Notes under the pieces: model-generated | The model's input: the letters and a program-made list of their open reading frames with translations, nothing else | Told to the model about the DNA's origin: nothing | Databases searched by the model: none | Position numbers and translations under genes: made by a program | Shown here: positions 20,340-30,609 of the stretch, in pieces | Layout of the letters: every line of letters starts with the position of its first letter | Position numbering within the stretch: position 1 is the stretch's first letter | DNA from: Pseudomonadota bacterium | Lineage (GTDB): Bacteria; Pseudomonadota; Gammaproteobacteria; Steroidobacterales; Steroidobacteraceae | Direction of reading: 5' to 3' | Assembly (NCBI GenBank): GCA_037200975.1 | Contig: JBBCGI010000001.1 | Coordinates: 3,429,716 to 3,493,715 of the forward strand | Length of the DNA stretch: 64,000 bases

Positions 20340-21830
20340 ATGGCAATGCTCAAACATCCCGAAAAGATCATCTTCGAATACTCGCGTCCCGGGCGCGGCG
20401 CCTTCGGCCAATGGCCCACCGAGCGCGGCACGCCTGACAACGTCGCCGCCGACATTCCCGAACACCTGCGCCGCAAGCAGCCCGCGATGTTGCCCGAGGT
20501 CAGCGAGCTCGAAGTCGTGCGCCACTTCACGCGCCTGTCGCAGCTCAACTTCTCCATCGACACGCATTTCTATCCGCTGGGATCGTGCACGATGAAGTAC
20601 AACCCGAAGGCCTGTAACCAGTACGCGATGCTCCCCGGTTTCCTCACCCGGCACCCTCTGGCGCCGGAGTCGCTCGGGCAGGGGTTCCTGGCCTGCATGT
20701 TCGAGCTGCAGGAGATGCTCAAGGAAGTGACGGGCATGCAGGGTGTGGCGCTGTCGCCGATGGCTGGGGCGCACGGCGAGTTCGCCGGCGTTGCGATGAT
20801 CCGCGCCTATCACCGCGCGCGCGGGGATCTCGCGCGCAACGAGATCATCGTGCCGATCGCGGCACACGGCACCAATCCCGCCACCGCCACGATGTGCGGC
20901 TGCGTGGTGAAGGAGATCCCGGTCAACGACGAAGGCGACGTCGACGTCGAAGCGTTGAAGGCCGCGGTCGGTCCCAACACGGCCGGCATCATGCTCACCA
21001 ACCCGTCCACCTGCGGCGTGTTCGAACGGCGCATCAAGGAAGTCGCGAAGATCGTCCACGACGCGGGTGGCCTGCTGTATTACGACGGCGCCAACCTCAA
21101 CGCCATCCTCGGCAAGGTGCGTCCGGGCGACATGGGCTTTGACGTCATCCACATGAACCTGCACAAGACCTTCTCCACGCCGCACGGCGGTGGCGGTCCG
21201 GGTGCGGGTGCCGTTGGCGTGAGCGCACGACTGCTGCCGTTCATGCCCATTCCCGTCGTGGGCAAGGAGGGCGACAAGTACCGCTGGCTCACCGAGAAAG
21301 ACCTGCCCCAGTCCATCGGCCGTCTGTCGGCCTTCATGGGAAATGCCGGCGTGCTGCTGCGCGCCTACATCTACATGCGCATGCTGGGCCGCGAGGGCAT
21401 GCACCGGGTCGGCGAGTACGCCACGCTCAACGCGAACTACCTGATGGCGCGGCTCGCGCAGGCGGGCTTCGACCCCGCCTATCCCACCCGCCGGGCCAGC
21501 CACGAATTCATCATCACCGCCAAGAAACAGGCACGCGATCTCGGCGTGACGGCGATGGATTTCGCGAAGCGCCTGCTCGACTACGGCTTCCATGCGCCGA
21601 CCACATACTTCCCGCTGCTGGTGCCGGAATGCCTGCTGATCGAGCCCACCGAGACGGAGAGCAAGGAAGCGCTGGATGGTTTCATCGATGCGATGATCGC
21701 CATCCAGAAGGAGGCCGAGACGAATGCGGACTTCGTCAAGGCAGCGCCTTACACCATGACGGTGCGCCGGCTCGATGACGTCCGCGCCGCGCGTCAGCTC
21801 GATCTCACATGGAAACCTGCGGCGGCCTGA
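20340..21830 (+). CDS. gcvPB: Glycine dehydrogenase (decarboxylating) subunit 2
   Basis: Contains the PLP-lysine region [18 protein letters not shown], typical GcvPB. Confidence 0.9.
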   Translation: MAMLKHPEKIIFEYSRPGRGAFGQWPTERGTPDNVAADIPEHLRRKQPAMLPEVSELEVVRHFTRLSQLNFSIDTHFYPLGSCTMKYNPKACNQYAMLPGFLTRHPLAPESLGQGFLACMFELQEMLKEVTGMQGVALSPMAGAHGEFAGVAMIRAYHRARGDLARNEIIVPIAAHGTNPATATMCGCVVKEIPVNDEGDVDVEALKAAVGPNTAGIMLTNPSTCGVFERRIKEVAKIVHDAGGLLYYDGANLNAILGKVRPGDMGFDVIHMNLHKTFSTPHGGGGPGAGAVGVSARLLPFMPIPVVGKEGDKYRWLTEKDLPQSIGRLSAFMGNAGVLLRAYIYMRMLGREGMHRVGEYATLNANYLMARLAQAGFDPAYPTRRASHEFIITAKKQARDLGVTAMDFAKRLLDYGFHAPTTYFPLLVPECLLIEPTETESKEALDGFIDAMIAIQKEAETNADFVKAAPYTMTVRRLDDVRAARQLDLTWKPAAA

Positions 21831-21871
21831 GAATTACACACGAAAGAGTTCACGTTTTCTGACGGACGCCG

Positions 21872-21900
21872 TCGCATCCACGGCGTTTTCCGGTCGTGGG
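21872..21900 (+). terminator. Putative rho-independent terminator after gcvPB
   Basis: ACGCCGT-cgcatcc-ACGGCGT followed by TTTTCC. Confidence 0.4.
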
Positions 21901-21938
21901 GCGCAAGCCCCTGACAATCCCCTGTTAATATCGACCGG

Positions 21939-22313
21939 ATGAACGACCTCGGCGACCGTCAGAAACCCACCGGCTTCACCCGCATGTTCCGCGCCTTCGG
22001 CGCGAGCATGAAGGGTTTCTCGGGCGCCTACCGCGAAGAGGCAGCCTTCCGCCAGGAACTCGTCCTGGCGGTCTTTGTCATCCCCTTGGGCCTGTGGTTA
22101 GGGCGCAGTGGTATCGAGCGCGTGCTGCTGATCGCGCCGATGTTCATCGTGCTCATCGTGGAGCTGCTCAACAGCGCCATCGAGGCCACGGTCGACCGCA
22201 TCGGCCTCGAGCGGCACTCGCTCTCGGGCCTCGCCAAGGACATCGGCTCCGCCGCCGTGTTCCTGTCGCTGACGCTGCTTGCCGTCGTTTGGGTACTGAT
22301 CCTGTGGCGCTGA
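21939..22313 (+). CDS. dgkA: Diacylglycerol kinase
   Basis: 124 aa with three TM helices and an EELLNSAIEATVDRIG-type motif. Confidence 0.85.
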   Translation: MNDLGDRQKPTGFTRMFRAFGASMKGFSGAYREEAAFRQELVLAVFVIPLGLWLGRSGIERVLLIAPMFIVLIVELLNSAIEATVDRIGLERHSLSGLAKDIGSAAVFLSLTLLAVVWVLILWR

Positions 22314-22340
22314 GCGCCTAACAATCTAGAGGGCTTCTGC

Positions 22341-25199
22341 ATGCGTTTCAGCCGGCTCTGCCTCTTCGGCCTGGTCCTCGTTGCTCCCACGTTCGCGCAG
22401 AACGCGCAGCCGCAGCTGGCCTCGCAATCGAGCTCGACGCAGGCGGCGCTGCCGCAGAGCGAGGGCGAAAGCGCGGCGTGGCGCGGCACACTGGCGCGGG
22501 TCGCCGAGAGCGTGGTGGCCATCGAGATCGACCAGACGCGCGCCTTCGACACCGAGTGGAATTCCTCCGCGCAGGCCACCGGCTTCGTGGTGGATGCCGA
22601 ACGCGGCCTCATCCTCACCAATCGCCACGTGGTCACTCCCGGCCCGGTCACCTCCGAAGCGACCTTCCTCAATCGCGAAGAAGTGCAGCTCTATCCCGTG
22701 TATCGCGATCCGATCCACGACTTCGGCATCTATCGCTACGACCCGAAGAAGCTGCGTTTCATCCGGCCGCGTTCGCTGCCGCTGTTCCCGGACGGCGCGC
22801 AGATCGGCCGCGAGATCCGCGTCATCGGCAACAACGCCGGCGAGCAGCTGTCCATTCTCGCCGGCACACTCGCCAAGCTCGATCGCGATGCGCCGGAATA
22901 CGGCATCGGCAAGTACAACGATTTCAATACCTTCTACCTGCAGGCGGCCTCGGGCACCTCGGGCGGCTCGTCGGGTTCACCCGTCATCGACATCCAGGGC
23001 CGCGTCATCGCGCTGAATGCCGGCGGCGCCACCGGCAATGCCTCCAGCTTCTATCTACCGCTGGGGCGCGTGAAGCGTGCGCTGGAGCTCATCCAGGCCG
23101 GCAAGGCCGTCTCGCGCGGCGCGTTGCAGGTGGTGTTCCACTACACGCCGTACGATGAACTGCGCCGTCTCGGCCTCGGGGAGAAAACCGAGGAGGCGGC
23201 GCGCAAGGCGTTCCCGGCGCTCACCGGCATGCTGGTGGTCAATGAAGTGCTGCCCGGCGGACCTGGCGACGGCACGCTGCAGCCCGGCGACGTGCTGGTG
23301 CGCGTGAACGGCAAACTCGTCTCCGAATTCGAGCCGCTCGAACAGGTCACCGACGAATCCGTCGGCGGCACCGTCGACCTCGACCTCGAACGCGGCGGCA
23401 AGCCGATCAGCGCCAAGCTCAACGTGGGCGATCTGCACGCGATCACGCCCTCGGCGTATCTAGAGTTTGGCGACACCGTCGTGCACACCGTGTCGTACCA
23501 GATGGCGCGCCATTTCAACATCGCGGTGAGCGGCGTGTACGTCGCCAACCCCGGCTACATCTTCGGCGCCGCCGGCGTGCCGCGCGGCGGCGTCATCGCG
23601 AGCGCCAACGGCAAACCAACCCCGGACCTGGCGGCCTTCGAGGCGGTGGTGGCGGGGCTCGCCGACGGCGAACGTTTCACCGTGCGGTATTCGACGGTTG
23701 ACGATCCGAACGGCTCCAGCGTGCGCAGCGCGCGCATGGACCGCCGCTGGTTCCCCGCCAATCATTGCCTGCGCGACGACGCGGCCGGGTTGTGGCAATG
23801 CGTGGCGCTGCCGGCGCTGGGTTCGCCGAAGCCGGAAGTCGGCGGCAGCACCCGCTTCTCGAAGCCCGACGACCCGCGCGCCGCGGCTCTGGCGCCGTCG
23901 CTGGTCGGGGTCGGCTTCGACATGCCGTACTCGATCTCCGGCATCACCGAGCGCAACTACCGGGGCACCGGCCTCGTAGTCGACGCGGCGCGTGGCCTGG
24001 TGGTCGTCGATCGCAACACCGTTCCCGTGTCGATGGGCGACGTGCGCATCATCTTCGCCGGTACGCTCGAGATTCCCGGCAAGGTCGAGTTCGTGCACCC
24101 GCTGCACAACCTCGCCATCGTGAGTTACGACCCCAAACTCATCGGCAACACACCGGTACGCGCCGCGAAGTTGTTAGACCGGCGCATCGTGCCCGGTGAA
24201 ACGTTGTGGGCCGTCGGTATGGGCGCCGACAGCGAGCTCAATTCGCGCGCCACCCAGGTTGCGAATCTCACGCCGATCTCGCTGCCGCTGTCGCGCACCA
24301 TGCAGTTCCGCGAAAGCAATCTCGAGACCATCCAGCTGGTGAACGGCCCCGCCGATTTCGACGGTGCGCTCACGGACACCGCCGGCAGCGTGGTCGCCTT
24401 GTGGTCGAGCTTCGCCTGGGAGAGCGGCCGCGAGCAGCAGCAGGAGAATCGCGGCGTGGCCATCGGCGTCGTGCAGGACATGCTGCGCCGCGTGCAGGAA
24501 AAGCAGGCCGTCTTCTCGCTCGAAGCCGAACTGGTGCCGCAGCCGCTGGCCGGCGCGCGCCGTCTCGGCCTCTCGGATGCGTGGCTGCGCAAGCTGGAAC
24601 TCGCCAGCCCGAATCAGCGGCAGGTCATGTCCATCGTGCGCCTGGTCGGCGGCTCGCCGGCCGTCGGGCGCTTGAAGCAGGGCGACATCCTGCTGGCCAT
24701 CAACGACAAGGTGGTGACGCGTTTCCGCGAAGTGGAGCTGGCGGTGGCGGACAAGCCCGAGGTGAACGTCACCGTCTGGCGCGATGGTGAAGAAAAGCAG
24801 GTGCCGCTGCCCACCGCCGCGCTGACCGGCAACGACATCGATCGCATCGTGATGTGGGCCGGCGCGACCTTGCAGGCGCCCCACCGCGCGATGATCGCGC
24901 AGCGCGGCATCCCGCCCGAGGGGGTGTACGTGGGTTATTTCGCGTATGGATCGCCTGCGACGCGATATGGGCTGTTCCCGGGGCGCCGCATCGTCGAAGT
25001 CGATGGCATCCCCACGCCTGATCTCGACGCCTTCCTCAAGGTCGTGTCGGGGCGGCCGGACCGTTCCGCCATCCGCCTGCGCACAATTACCTGGAATAAC
25101 GCGCCCGAAGTGATCACTTTGAAACTTGATCGACACTATTGGCCTACTTACGAGCTGCGACGCACCGATGCAGGCTGGGAGCGTCGCGATCTTGAGTAA
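22341..25199 (+). CDS. Secreted S1C (HtrA/DegP-like) serine protease with duplicated protease and PDZ modules (Nma111-like)
   Basis: Signal peptide, a first trypsin-like domain (GFVVDAERGLILTNRHVV...GTSGGSSGSPV), PDZ-like segments, and a degenerate second protease-like repeat. Total 952 aa. Confidence 0.75.
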   Translation: MRFSRLCLFGLVLVAPTFAQNAQPQLASQSSSTQAALPQSEGESAAWRGTLARVAESVVAIEIDQTRAFDTEWNSSAQATGFVVDAERGLILTNRHVVTPGPVTSEATFLNREEVQLYPVYRDPIHDFGIYRYDPKKLRFIRPRSLPLFPDGAQIGREIRVIGNNAGEQLSILAGTLAKLDRDAPEYGIGKYNDFNTFYLQAASGTSGGSSGSPVIDIQGRVIALNAGGATGNASSFYLPLGRVKRALELIQAGKAVSRGALQVVFHYTPYDELRRLGLGEKTEEAARKAFPALTGMLVVNEVLPGGPGDGTLQPGDVLVRVNGKLVSEFEPLEQVTDESVGGTVDLDLERGGKPISAKLNVGDLHAITPSAYLEFGDTVVHTVSYQMARHFNIAVSGVYVANPGYIFGAAGVPRGGVIASANGKPTPDLAAFEAVVAGLADGERFTVRYSTVDDPNGSSVRSARMDRRWFPANHCLRDDAAGLWQCVALPALGSPKPEVGGSTRFSKPDDPRAAALAPSLVGVGFDMPYSISGITERNYRGTGLVVDAARGLVVVDRNTVPVSMGDVRIIFAGTLEIPGKVEFVHPLHNLAIVSYDPKLIGNTPVRAAKLLDRRIVPGETLWAVGMGADSELNSRATQVANLTPISLPLSRTMQFRESNLETIQLVNGPADFDGALTDTAGSVVALWSSFAWESGREQQQENRGVAIGVVQDMLRRVQEKQAVFSLEAELVPQPLAGARRLGLSDAWLRKLELASPNQRQVMSIVRLVGGSPAVGRLKQGDILLAINDKVVTRFREVELAVADKPEVNVTVWRDGEEKQVPLPTAALTGNDIDRIVMWAGATLQAPHRAMIAQRGIPPEGVYVGYFAYGSPATRYGLFPGRRIVEVDGIPTPDLDAFLKVVSGRPDRSAIRLRTITWNNAPEVITLKLDRHYWPTYELRRTDAGWERRDLE

Positions 25200-25211
25200 A
25201 CTTACCGTCAT

Positions 25212-26249
25212 ATGGTTCGTGTCGTTCGTGCCACCCTCGTAGAGCTGGAACAGGCCGTCACCGCGTTGCGGGACGGCGAGCTGGTCGTATTCCCGACCGA
25301 AACGGTCTATGGGCTCGGGGCGAACGCCCAGAACCCCGCCGCAGTACGGCGCATCTTCGAGCTGAAGGAGCGTCCCGCGGACCACCCGGTGATCGTCCAC
25401 CTGGACAACCCGAAGTACCTGCATCGCTGGGCGCGCGAAGTGCCCGAGAACGCGCGCAAGCTGGCGGCGCGTTTCTGGCCCGGGCCGCTGACGATGGTAT
25501 TGCCGCGCTCCGAGGGCGTGCACGACGTCGTCACGGGCGGGCAGGACACCGTCGCGATCCGCGTTCCGTCGCACCCCATGGCGCAGCAGCTGCTGACCGC
25601 GTTCGGCGGTGGCATCGCCGCGCCGTCCGCCAATCGCTTCGGCCGCGTGAGCCCGACACGCGCGGAACACGTGCGCGAGGAATTCGGCGACGCGGTGCGC
25701 GTCGTTCTCGATGGCGGTGAAAGCCAGATCGGTCTCGAATCCACCATCGTCGGTTTCGACGGCGAGCAGGTACGGTTGTTGCGGCCCGGATTCGTCACCT
25801 ACTCGCAACTCAAAGAGATCGTCGGCGACGTGATCGTCGGGGCCGGGGCGAGCACGCCGCGTGTGCCGGGTTCGAAGGTGTCTCACTACGCGCCGCTGAC
25901 GCCCATGACCCTCGTTCCTGTCGATGAGATCGACAAGCGCGCTGAAACCCTGTCGGAAGGCGGGCGCCGCGTGGCCGTGCTGGCGATGCGGCTGCCGCTC
26001 AAGACCTATCCATCCGTCACCTGGATCAACGCCGGCCGGCGGCCCGATGCCTACGCGCACGACCTGTATTCGAACCTGCGCGCGCTCGACAAGGCCGGGT
26101 GCGAACAGATCCTCGTGCAGGATGTGCCGAGCGAAGAAAAATGGACCGCGATTCGCGACCGGCTGAGCCGCGGCGCCGCCGTGGGCGCGGCCAGCGCCGG
26201 CGAACATGAGCAGTTCGCGGAGACCGGCGGGTACAGCGTCCTGCCCTGA
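25212..26249 (+). CDS. tsaC: L-threonylcarbamoyladenylate synthase (Sua5/YrdC with Sua5 C-terminal domain)
   Basis: VVFPTETVYGLGANAQNPAAVRRIFELKERPADHPVIVH YrdC motif, plus an approximately 120-aa Sua5 C-terminal extension. Confidence 0.85.
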   Translation: MVRVVRATLVELEQAVTALRDGELVVFPTETVYGLGANAQNPAAVRRIFELKERPADHPVIVHLDNPKYLHRWAREVPENARKLAARFWPGPLTMVLPRSEGVHDVVTGGQDTVAIRVPSHPMAQQLLTAFGGGIAAPSANRFGRVSPTRAEHVREEFGDAVRVVLDGGESQIGLESTIVGFDGEQVRLLRPGFVTYSQLKEIVGDVIVGAGASTPRVPGSKVSHYAPLTPMTLVPVDEIDKRAETLSEGGRRVAVLAMRLPLKTYPSVTWINAGRRPDAYAHDLYSNLRALDKAGCEQILVQDVPSEEKWTAIRDRLSRGAAVGAASAGEHEQFAETGGYSVLP

Positions 26250-26268
26250 ATGAGCCGCTGCCGCTGAA

Positions 26269-26472
26269 TCAGTAGTGCGGCGGCTTCTCGTGCGCCGTGG
26301 CGCTCGCGCCCTGTTCCGATTCCAGCGCGGCCAGCTTGTCCATGAGCTGCTGATTGCGATCGAGCGCGCGGTCGAGTTCTTTCTGTTGACGCGCTACCAC
26401 GTCACTGATCTCCGTGACGGCGCGCTCCAGGTGCGCGAGCTTTTCTTCGACGGCGTCGAGGCGTTCAGTCAT
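26269..26472 (-). CDS. slyX: SlyX family protein
   Basis: MTERLDAVEEKLAHLERAVTEISDVVARQQKELDRAL is the canonical SlyX coiled coil. Confidence 0.75.
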   Translation of the reverse strand: MTERLDAVEEKLAHLERAVTEISDVVARQQKELDRALDRNQQLMDKLAALESEQGASATAHEKPPHY

Positions 26473-26500
26473 GGGGCGCAGGGTAGCCAAGAACAAACAT

Positions 26501-26530
26501 CGGCGCCCAGGAATCCTTTCCTGGGCGCCG
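26501..26530. terminator. GC-rich hairpin (GGCGCCCAGGAAtcctTTCCTGGGCGCC) between the RcnB-like gene and slyX
   Basis: Perfect 12-bp stem, and no flanking U-tract. Confidence 0.35.
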
Positions 26531-26569
26531 GCGACTGCCCGCTAGCTCGGGTTCTTTGGATCGATTCGG

Positions 26570-27289
26570 CTACAGCCAGATGTTGTAGAGCACATCCAGC
26601 ACGATGCCGGTGGCGATGGCCGTCAGCACCACGTCGCTGCCGACGCGCACCCAGTGGTAACCGTACGGCGGCTCATAGAGGCGATACGGGCGCCAGTCGT
26701 ACACGATGTACGAGCTGCCGTAGTACGCGTGCGGCAATCTGTCTCCGCGGTGCCACATGCGATACGAGTAACCACGCGGCGGGTGATAGAAGCCGAAGTT
26801 GAAGCGATACCGCGCATAGTCACGACGGTCGTTGCGGCGGTTGTCGTTGTAGTGCGGGTGACGGTTCCAGTCGTTGCGATAACGATCCCAGCGATCGTTC
26901 CGGTCGTTGCGGCCGTTCCAGTCGTTGCGATTGTGGTCCGGGCGGTCATTGCGATTGCGGTCGTTCCAGTCGCGGCGATCGTTGCCGGGACGGTCGTTGC
27001 GATGGTTGTCGCGGTTGTCGCGATGGACCACGACCGGCGGCGCATGGTTGCCGCGATCGCGCTCGTTGTTGTTGCGCTGGGGGTTGCCGCGATCGTGGCC
27101 ACGATTGTCGTTGCCTCGGTTGTCATGGCCGCGGTCGTTGCGCGAATTCTGCGCTTCGATTTTCTGGCCGATTTTTTCCGAGCGCTCCCGGGCGGCGTAG
27201 GGATTGCCGGCCGCGAGTGCCGAAGCACTGGCCAGTAGCGAGGCGAACACCAGGAACGAAGCGGGGGCAAAGGTAGCGGGGCGTTTCAT
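26570..27289 (-). CDS. RcnB (YohN)-family periplasmic protein with an expanded Asn/Asp/Arg/His-rich low-complexity region
   Basis: AGGAG SD and signal peptide MKRPATFAPASFLVFASLLASASALA. The C-terminal HWVRVGSDVVLTAIATGIVLDVL matches the RcnB motif. The middle roughly 130 aa are NDR/RNDR repeats, also repetitive at the DNA level. Confidence 0.65.
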   Translation of the reverse strand: MKRPATFAPASFLVFASLLASASALAAGNPYAARERSEKIGQKIEAQNSRNDRGHDNRGNDNRGHDRGNPQRNNNERDRGNHAPPVVVHRDNRDNHRNDRPGNDRRDWNDRNRNDRPDHNRNDWNGRNDRNDRWDRYRNDWNRHPHYNDNRRNDRRDYARYRFNFGFYHPPRGYSYRMWHRGDRLPHAYYGSSYIVYDWRPYRLYEPPYGYHWVRVGSDVVLTAIATGIVLDVLYNIWL

Positions 27290-27423
27290 CTGCATCTCCT
27301 TGCGGATCACTTGCGATCCGTACGATGCCAGTATGCGCAGGCGCACCTGAGCGGCTCCTGAACGTTCCCGTTCAGGTTCGTTTCAGGTTGGCAGCGTCGC
27401 CGGGGCTTTGAAAACCCGCGCTT

Positions 27424-29688
27424 TCAGGGCAACGGCGCGCGCGCAATCGCGATGTCGTGGGCGACTTCCGCATCGAGCTCGCGCCAGTCCACGAGGCCGA
27501 CGCGATTGGTCCACAGCGGATTTCGGTAACGCGCGCCGGTGCGCGCCGTGTAGTCCGTCCAGAACCCGGCGGCGAAGCTCAGCTGCTTCACCGCTTCGGA
27601 CTGATGCACGGCCAGCTTCGTCTTTCGATACAGCGCCAGCGCCGTTGCCCCGCGGATCTTGGCCGCGTAGTACTTGCCGAGCAGCGCCATGGCACGGATG
27701 TCTTCGAGCGTCGCGGATAATTCGGGATTCTTTCGCGCCAGCGGTCCGCGCAATAGCTGCGCGATTCCGGCCAGGGCGGCATCCGCGCGCGCGTCTATCT
27801 TCTGTGCAACTTGCGGTGGCGTCGTGCCCGGCGGCAGCTCGCCTTTGGCGGTCCCCGCGACGAAGTCGGGAATCGTGATGTTGTCCGTACCCGGGTGCAC
27901 CGGCTGGTTGATGAAGGTCTCCACGTTATGGAAGCCACTGGCGGTCTTCGCGGGAGCTGGGCGGCTGCGGCTCCCCTCGATGTACCACTGGAAGTCGAGC
28001 GCGCCCCAGTGAAAGCCGGTGACGAGTGGATAGACCATGGACGCGTCCTGCCAGGCCGCGAGCAATTTCGCCGCGTCCACGCGCGGGAAACGCTGCGCGA
28101 CGAGCGCGGCGATGCGCTCGTCGTCGAGCGACGGGTCGTAACCCAGGCGTCCCCACAGCAGGAACGGCAGCCAGTGCTTGTCGATTTCGAGCTGGCGCGG
28201 AGTAGCCGGGGTCTTGCTCAGGAACTCGCGGCCCCACACCCACATGTCCGAGCCGTAGTAAAAGCCGCATGATTTTTCATACGGGATGTTGCGCACGAAT
28301 TCGCGCACGAAATCCGGCGCGGCCCAGCGGAACATCAACGCGTCGTCGTTGCGCAGCGTCCACAGGGTTTTCAGATTGCCGAGCGACGCGACGAAGTCGC
28401 CATGAAAGGTCTGCTTCGTGGAGGACAACACGTGCGCCTGCGCGTACTTGAAGCTGAAGACGAATTCCACGTTTGGCTGTGCGATGACGGGCGCGAACGT
28501 CGCGGCGATGTCCGCGGCGCCGGCTTCGTGTTGACGGTGAATGAGGCGGAACTGGCGCTGCGGCTCCGCGCGCGCTGCATCGAGCACACCCTGGCCGTAC
28601 GTCGCGAGCGCCCAGTCTTCCTTCGCCTGGAACGAAGCCTCACCCATGTTTTCACCGACGGTGAGGCCCATGCCCGCGAGCAGCGGATAGGTGCGGAACA
28701 TCTCGCGCACGCTGGCGCGGAAATAGTCGCGCGTCGCCGGATTGTCGATGGCGTCGGTGATGCCGTACTTGCCGTCGACGCCGTAGGTGTACACATTCCA
28801 GGTAACGACGTGGACCGCGATGTTGCGGTCGTGTGCGTATGCCATGACGCGCCGCCAGAAGTCGATCTTCTCGTCGATGGTCAGCTTCTTCAGCGCTTCC
28901 TTGTTTGCGAGCATGGCCGGCGTGACGAGGCCGATGGTGCGTGTCGAATAGTCCTCGTCGAACTGGATCTTCGAGCGCCACACATCGTTCAGCGCCACGT
29001 CCGGAAACTCCGGCACCTTCACCATCGACGGAAACGGATGCAGGTTCCACAGCGACAGCATGTTGTAGCGGTCGCGCGCCAGCGCATCGAGATACGCGCG
29101 CCAGAAATCGAAGTCCCAGACCGTCGCGATGTTCTGCTGCGCGGAATCGCTCATGTCCGAGTAGCTGGGCGTGCGCAGGTCGAGGGGCAGGTTGAACTTG
29201 GTGCCGCGCAGGGACATGTAGGGATTGCGGTCGGTGTCGACGACGTCTTCGATGCCGCGCGTGCGGATCTGTTCGGCGAGTTCGAGGCCGCCGTACATCG
29301 CGCCGCCCGCATCCCGGCTGACTATGGAGAAGATGTGGCGCCCGTCGCGAATCGAATGACGCAACGCAAACCCTTCCGCCCCGATCGCGGCGCTGTCGAT
29401 GTTCGCGCCGGCTGCACTGCGCAGGCCGATGCCTGCGTCGTAGCGGCTGGCGGATTCGAAGAAGACGAAGGCGCGCGCACGAAACGGGAAGGAATCCGGC
29501 CGGCGCGAATCGTCGCGCGCGACACTGAGGCGGCGCGCGCGCAGCGCGGCTTCGATGTCGTCCGCGGCGAATGTTTCCCGCGCCGACGTGGGGTCGGCAC
29601 TGATGCGCGCGCCCGACGCGAAGGCGGAAGCGCCCTCGCACGCACAGAGCGCCAATGCGCCCATCGCCAGCCAGATATTCATACGCAT
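27424..29688 (-). CDS. Secreted roughly 750-aa hypothetical protein, possibly a TIM-barrel glycoside-hydrolase-like enzyme
   Basis: Signal peptide MRMNIWLAMGALALCA after a GGAAG SD. No family motif confidently recognised, so the function is a guess. Confidence 0.5.
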   Translation of the reverse strand: MRMNIWLAMGALALCACEGASAFASGARISADPTSARETFAADDIEAALRARRLSVARDDSRRPDSFPFRARAFVFFESASRYDAGIGLRSAAGANIDSAAIGAEGFALRHSIRDGRHIFSIVSRDAGGAMYGGLELAEQIRTRGIEDVVDTDRNPYMSLRGTKFNLPLDLRTPSYSDMSDSAQQNIATVWDFDFWRAYLDALARDRYNMLSLWNLHPFPSMVKVPEFPDVALNDVWRSKIQFDEDYSTRTIGLVTPAMLANKEALKKLTIDEKIDFWRRVMAYAHDRNIAVHVVTWNVYTYGVDGKYGITDAIDNPATRDYFRASVREMFRTYPLLAGMGLTVGENMGEASFQAKEDWALATYGQGVLDAARAEPQRQFRLIHRQHEAGAADIAATFAPVIAQPNVEFVFSFKYAQAHVLSSTKQTFHGDFVASLGNLKTLWTLRNDDALMFRWAAPDFVREFVRNIPYEKSCGFYYGSDMWVWGREFLSKTPATPRQLEIDKHWLPFLLWGRLGYDPSLDDERIAALVAQRFPRVDAAKLLAAWQDASMVYPLVTGFHWGALDFQWYIEGSRSRPAPAKTASGFHNVETFINQPVHPGTDNITIPDFVAGTAKGELPPGTTPPQVAQKIDARADAALAGIAQLLRGPLARKNPELSATLEDIRAMALLGKYYAAKIRGATALALYRKTKLAVHQSEAVKQLSFAAGFWTDYTARTGARYRNPLWTNRVGLVDWRELDAEVAHDIAIARAPLP

Positions 29689-29751
29689 TCTCGGCTTCCC
29701 CCTCGCACCCCGATCCGCGCGGAGTCGGCGCGAGCGTACACTGGCGCGCAT

Positions 29752-30568
29752 GAGTTCGCGCCTGCCGGTCTACTTCATTTCTCACGGCGGTGGTCCGTGG
29801 TCGTTCATGGAAGATCCCTCGCGCGCCGCTTACGCGAAGCTCGAAGCCGCACTCGCGCAGATGCCCGAACAGATCGGCGTAACGCCGTCGGCGATCCTCA
29901 TGATCTCCGCGCATTGGGAGGAGCCCGAGTTCACGCTCACCTCGCACCCGAGACCGCCGATGATCTACGACTACGGCGGATTCCCGGAATTCACGTATCA
30001 CATCCACTACGACGCGCCGGGTGATCCCGCGCTCGCGGCACGAGTCAGGGCGCTGATCGAAGCGGCGGGCATGCCGGCGCGTCTCGATCCCGAGCGCGGT
30101 TTCGATCACGGCGCGTTCACGCCGCTGCACGTGATGTACCCACAGGCCAACGTGCCGGTGATACAGCTGTCACTGAAGGAAGGGCTCGATCCGGCGGCGC
30201 ACCTGGCGCTCGGCCGCGCGATCGCGCCGCTGCGCGATGAGAACGTGCTCATCGTCGGCAGCGGGCTCAGCTACCACAACCTGCGGCAGTTCTTCAGTCC
30301 CCGCGGATGGGGCCCGTCCCGCGAATTTGACGGCTGGCTGAACGGCGTTCTGCTGGGCGGCAGCCCAAACGATCGCGACAAACTACTGACCGCCTGGGAG
30401 GCTGCTCCTGCGGCACGCGCGGCGCATCCACGCGAAGAGCACTTGATTCCGCTGATGGTGGCCGCGGGAGCCGCCGGAGACGACAAGGCGGAACTGACAT
30501 ATCACGAGCAGGATTTTCTCGGCGGACTCACCGTCAGCAGTTATCGATTCCTGAATTCCCCGCTATAG
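29752..30568 (+). CDS. ygiD: 4,5-DOPA-dioxygenase-like class III extradiol dioxygenase (YgiD family)
   Basis: MSSRLPVYFISHGGGPWSFMEDP...ISAHWEEPEFTLTS...GFDHGAFTPL is the LigB/YgiD family. Confidence 0.85.
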
Positions 30569-30609
30569 TCTCCTGCCGGGACAACACATCGAAAAATCCG
30601 GCGGGGGGA

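Noticed and set aside
26654-27238. Plus-strand 194-aa ORF of VVA/VAT repeats
   Set aside because: Antisense read of the repetitive N/D/R region of the RcnB-like gene, so a repeat artefact.
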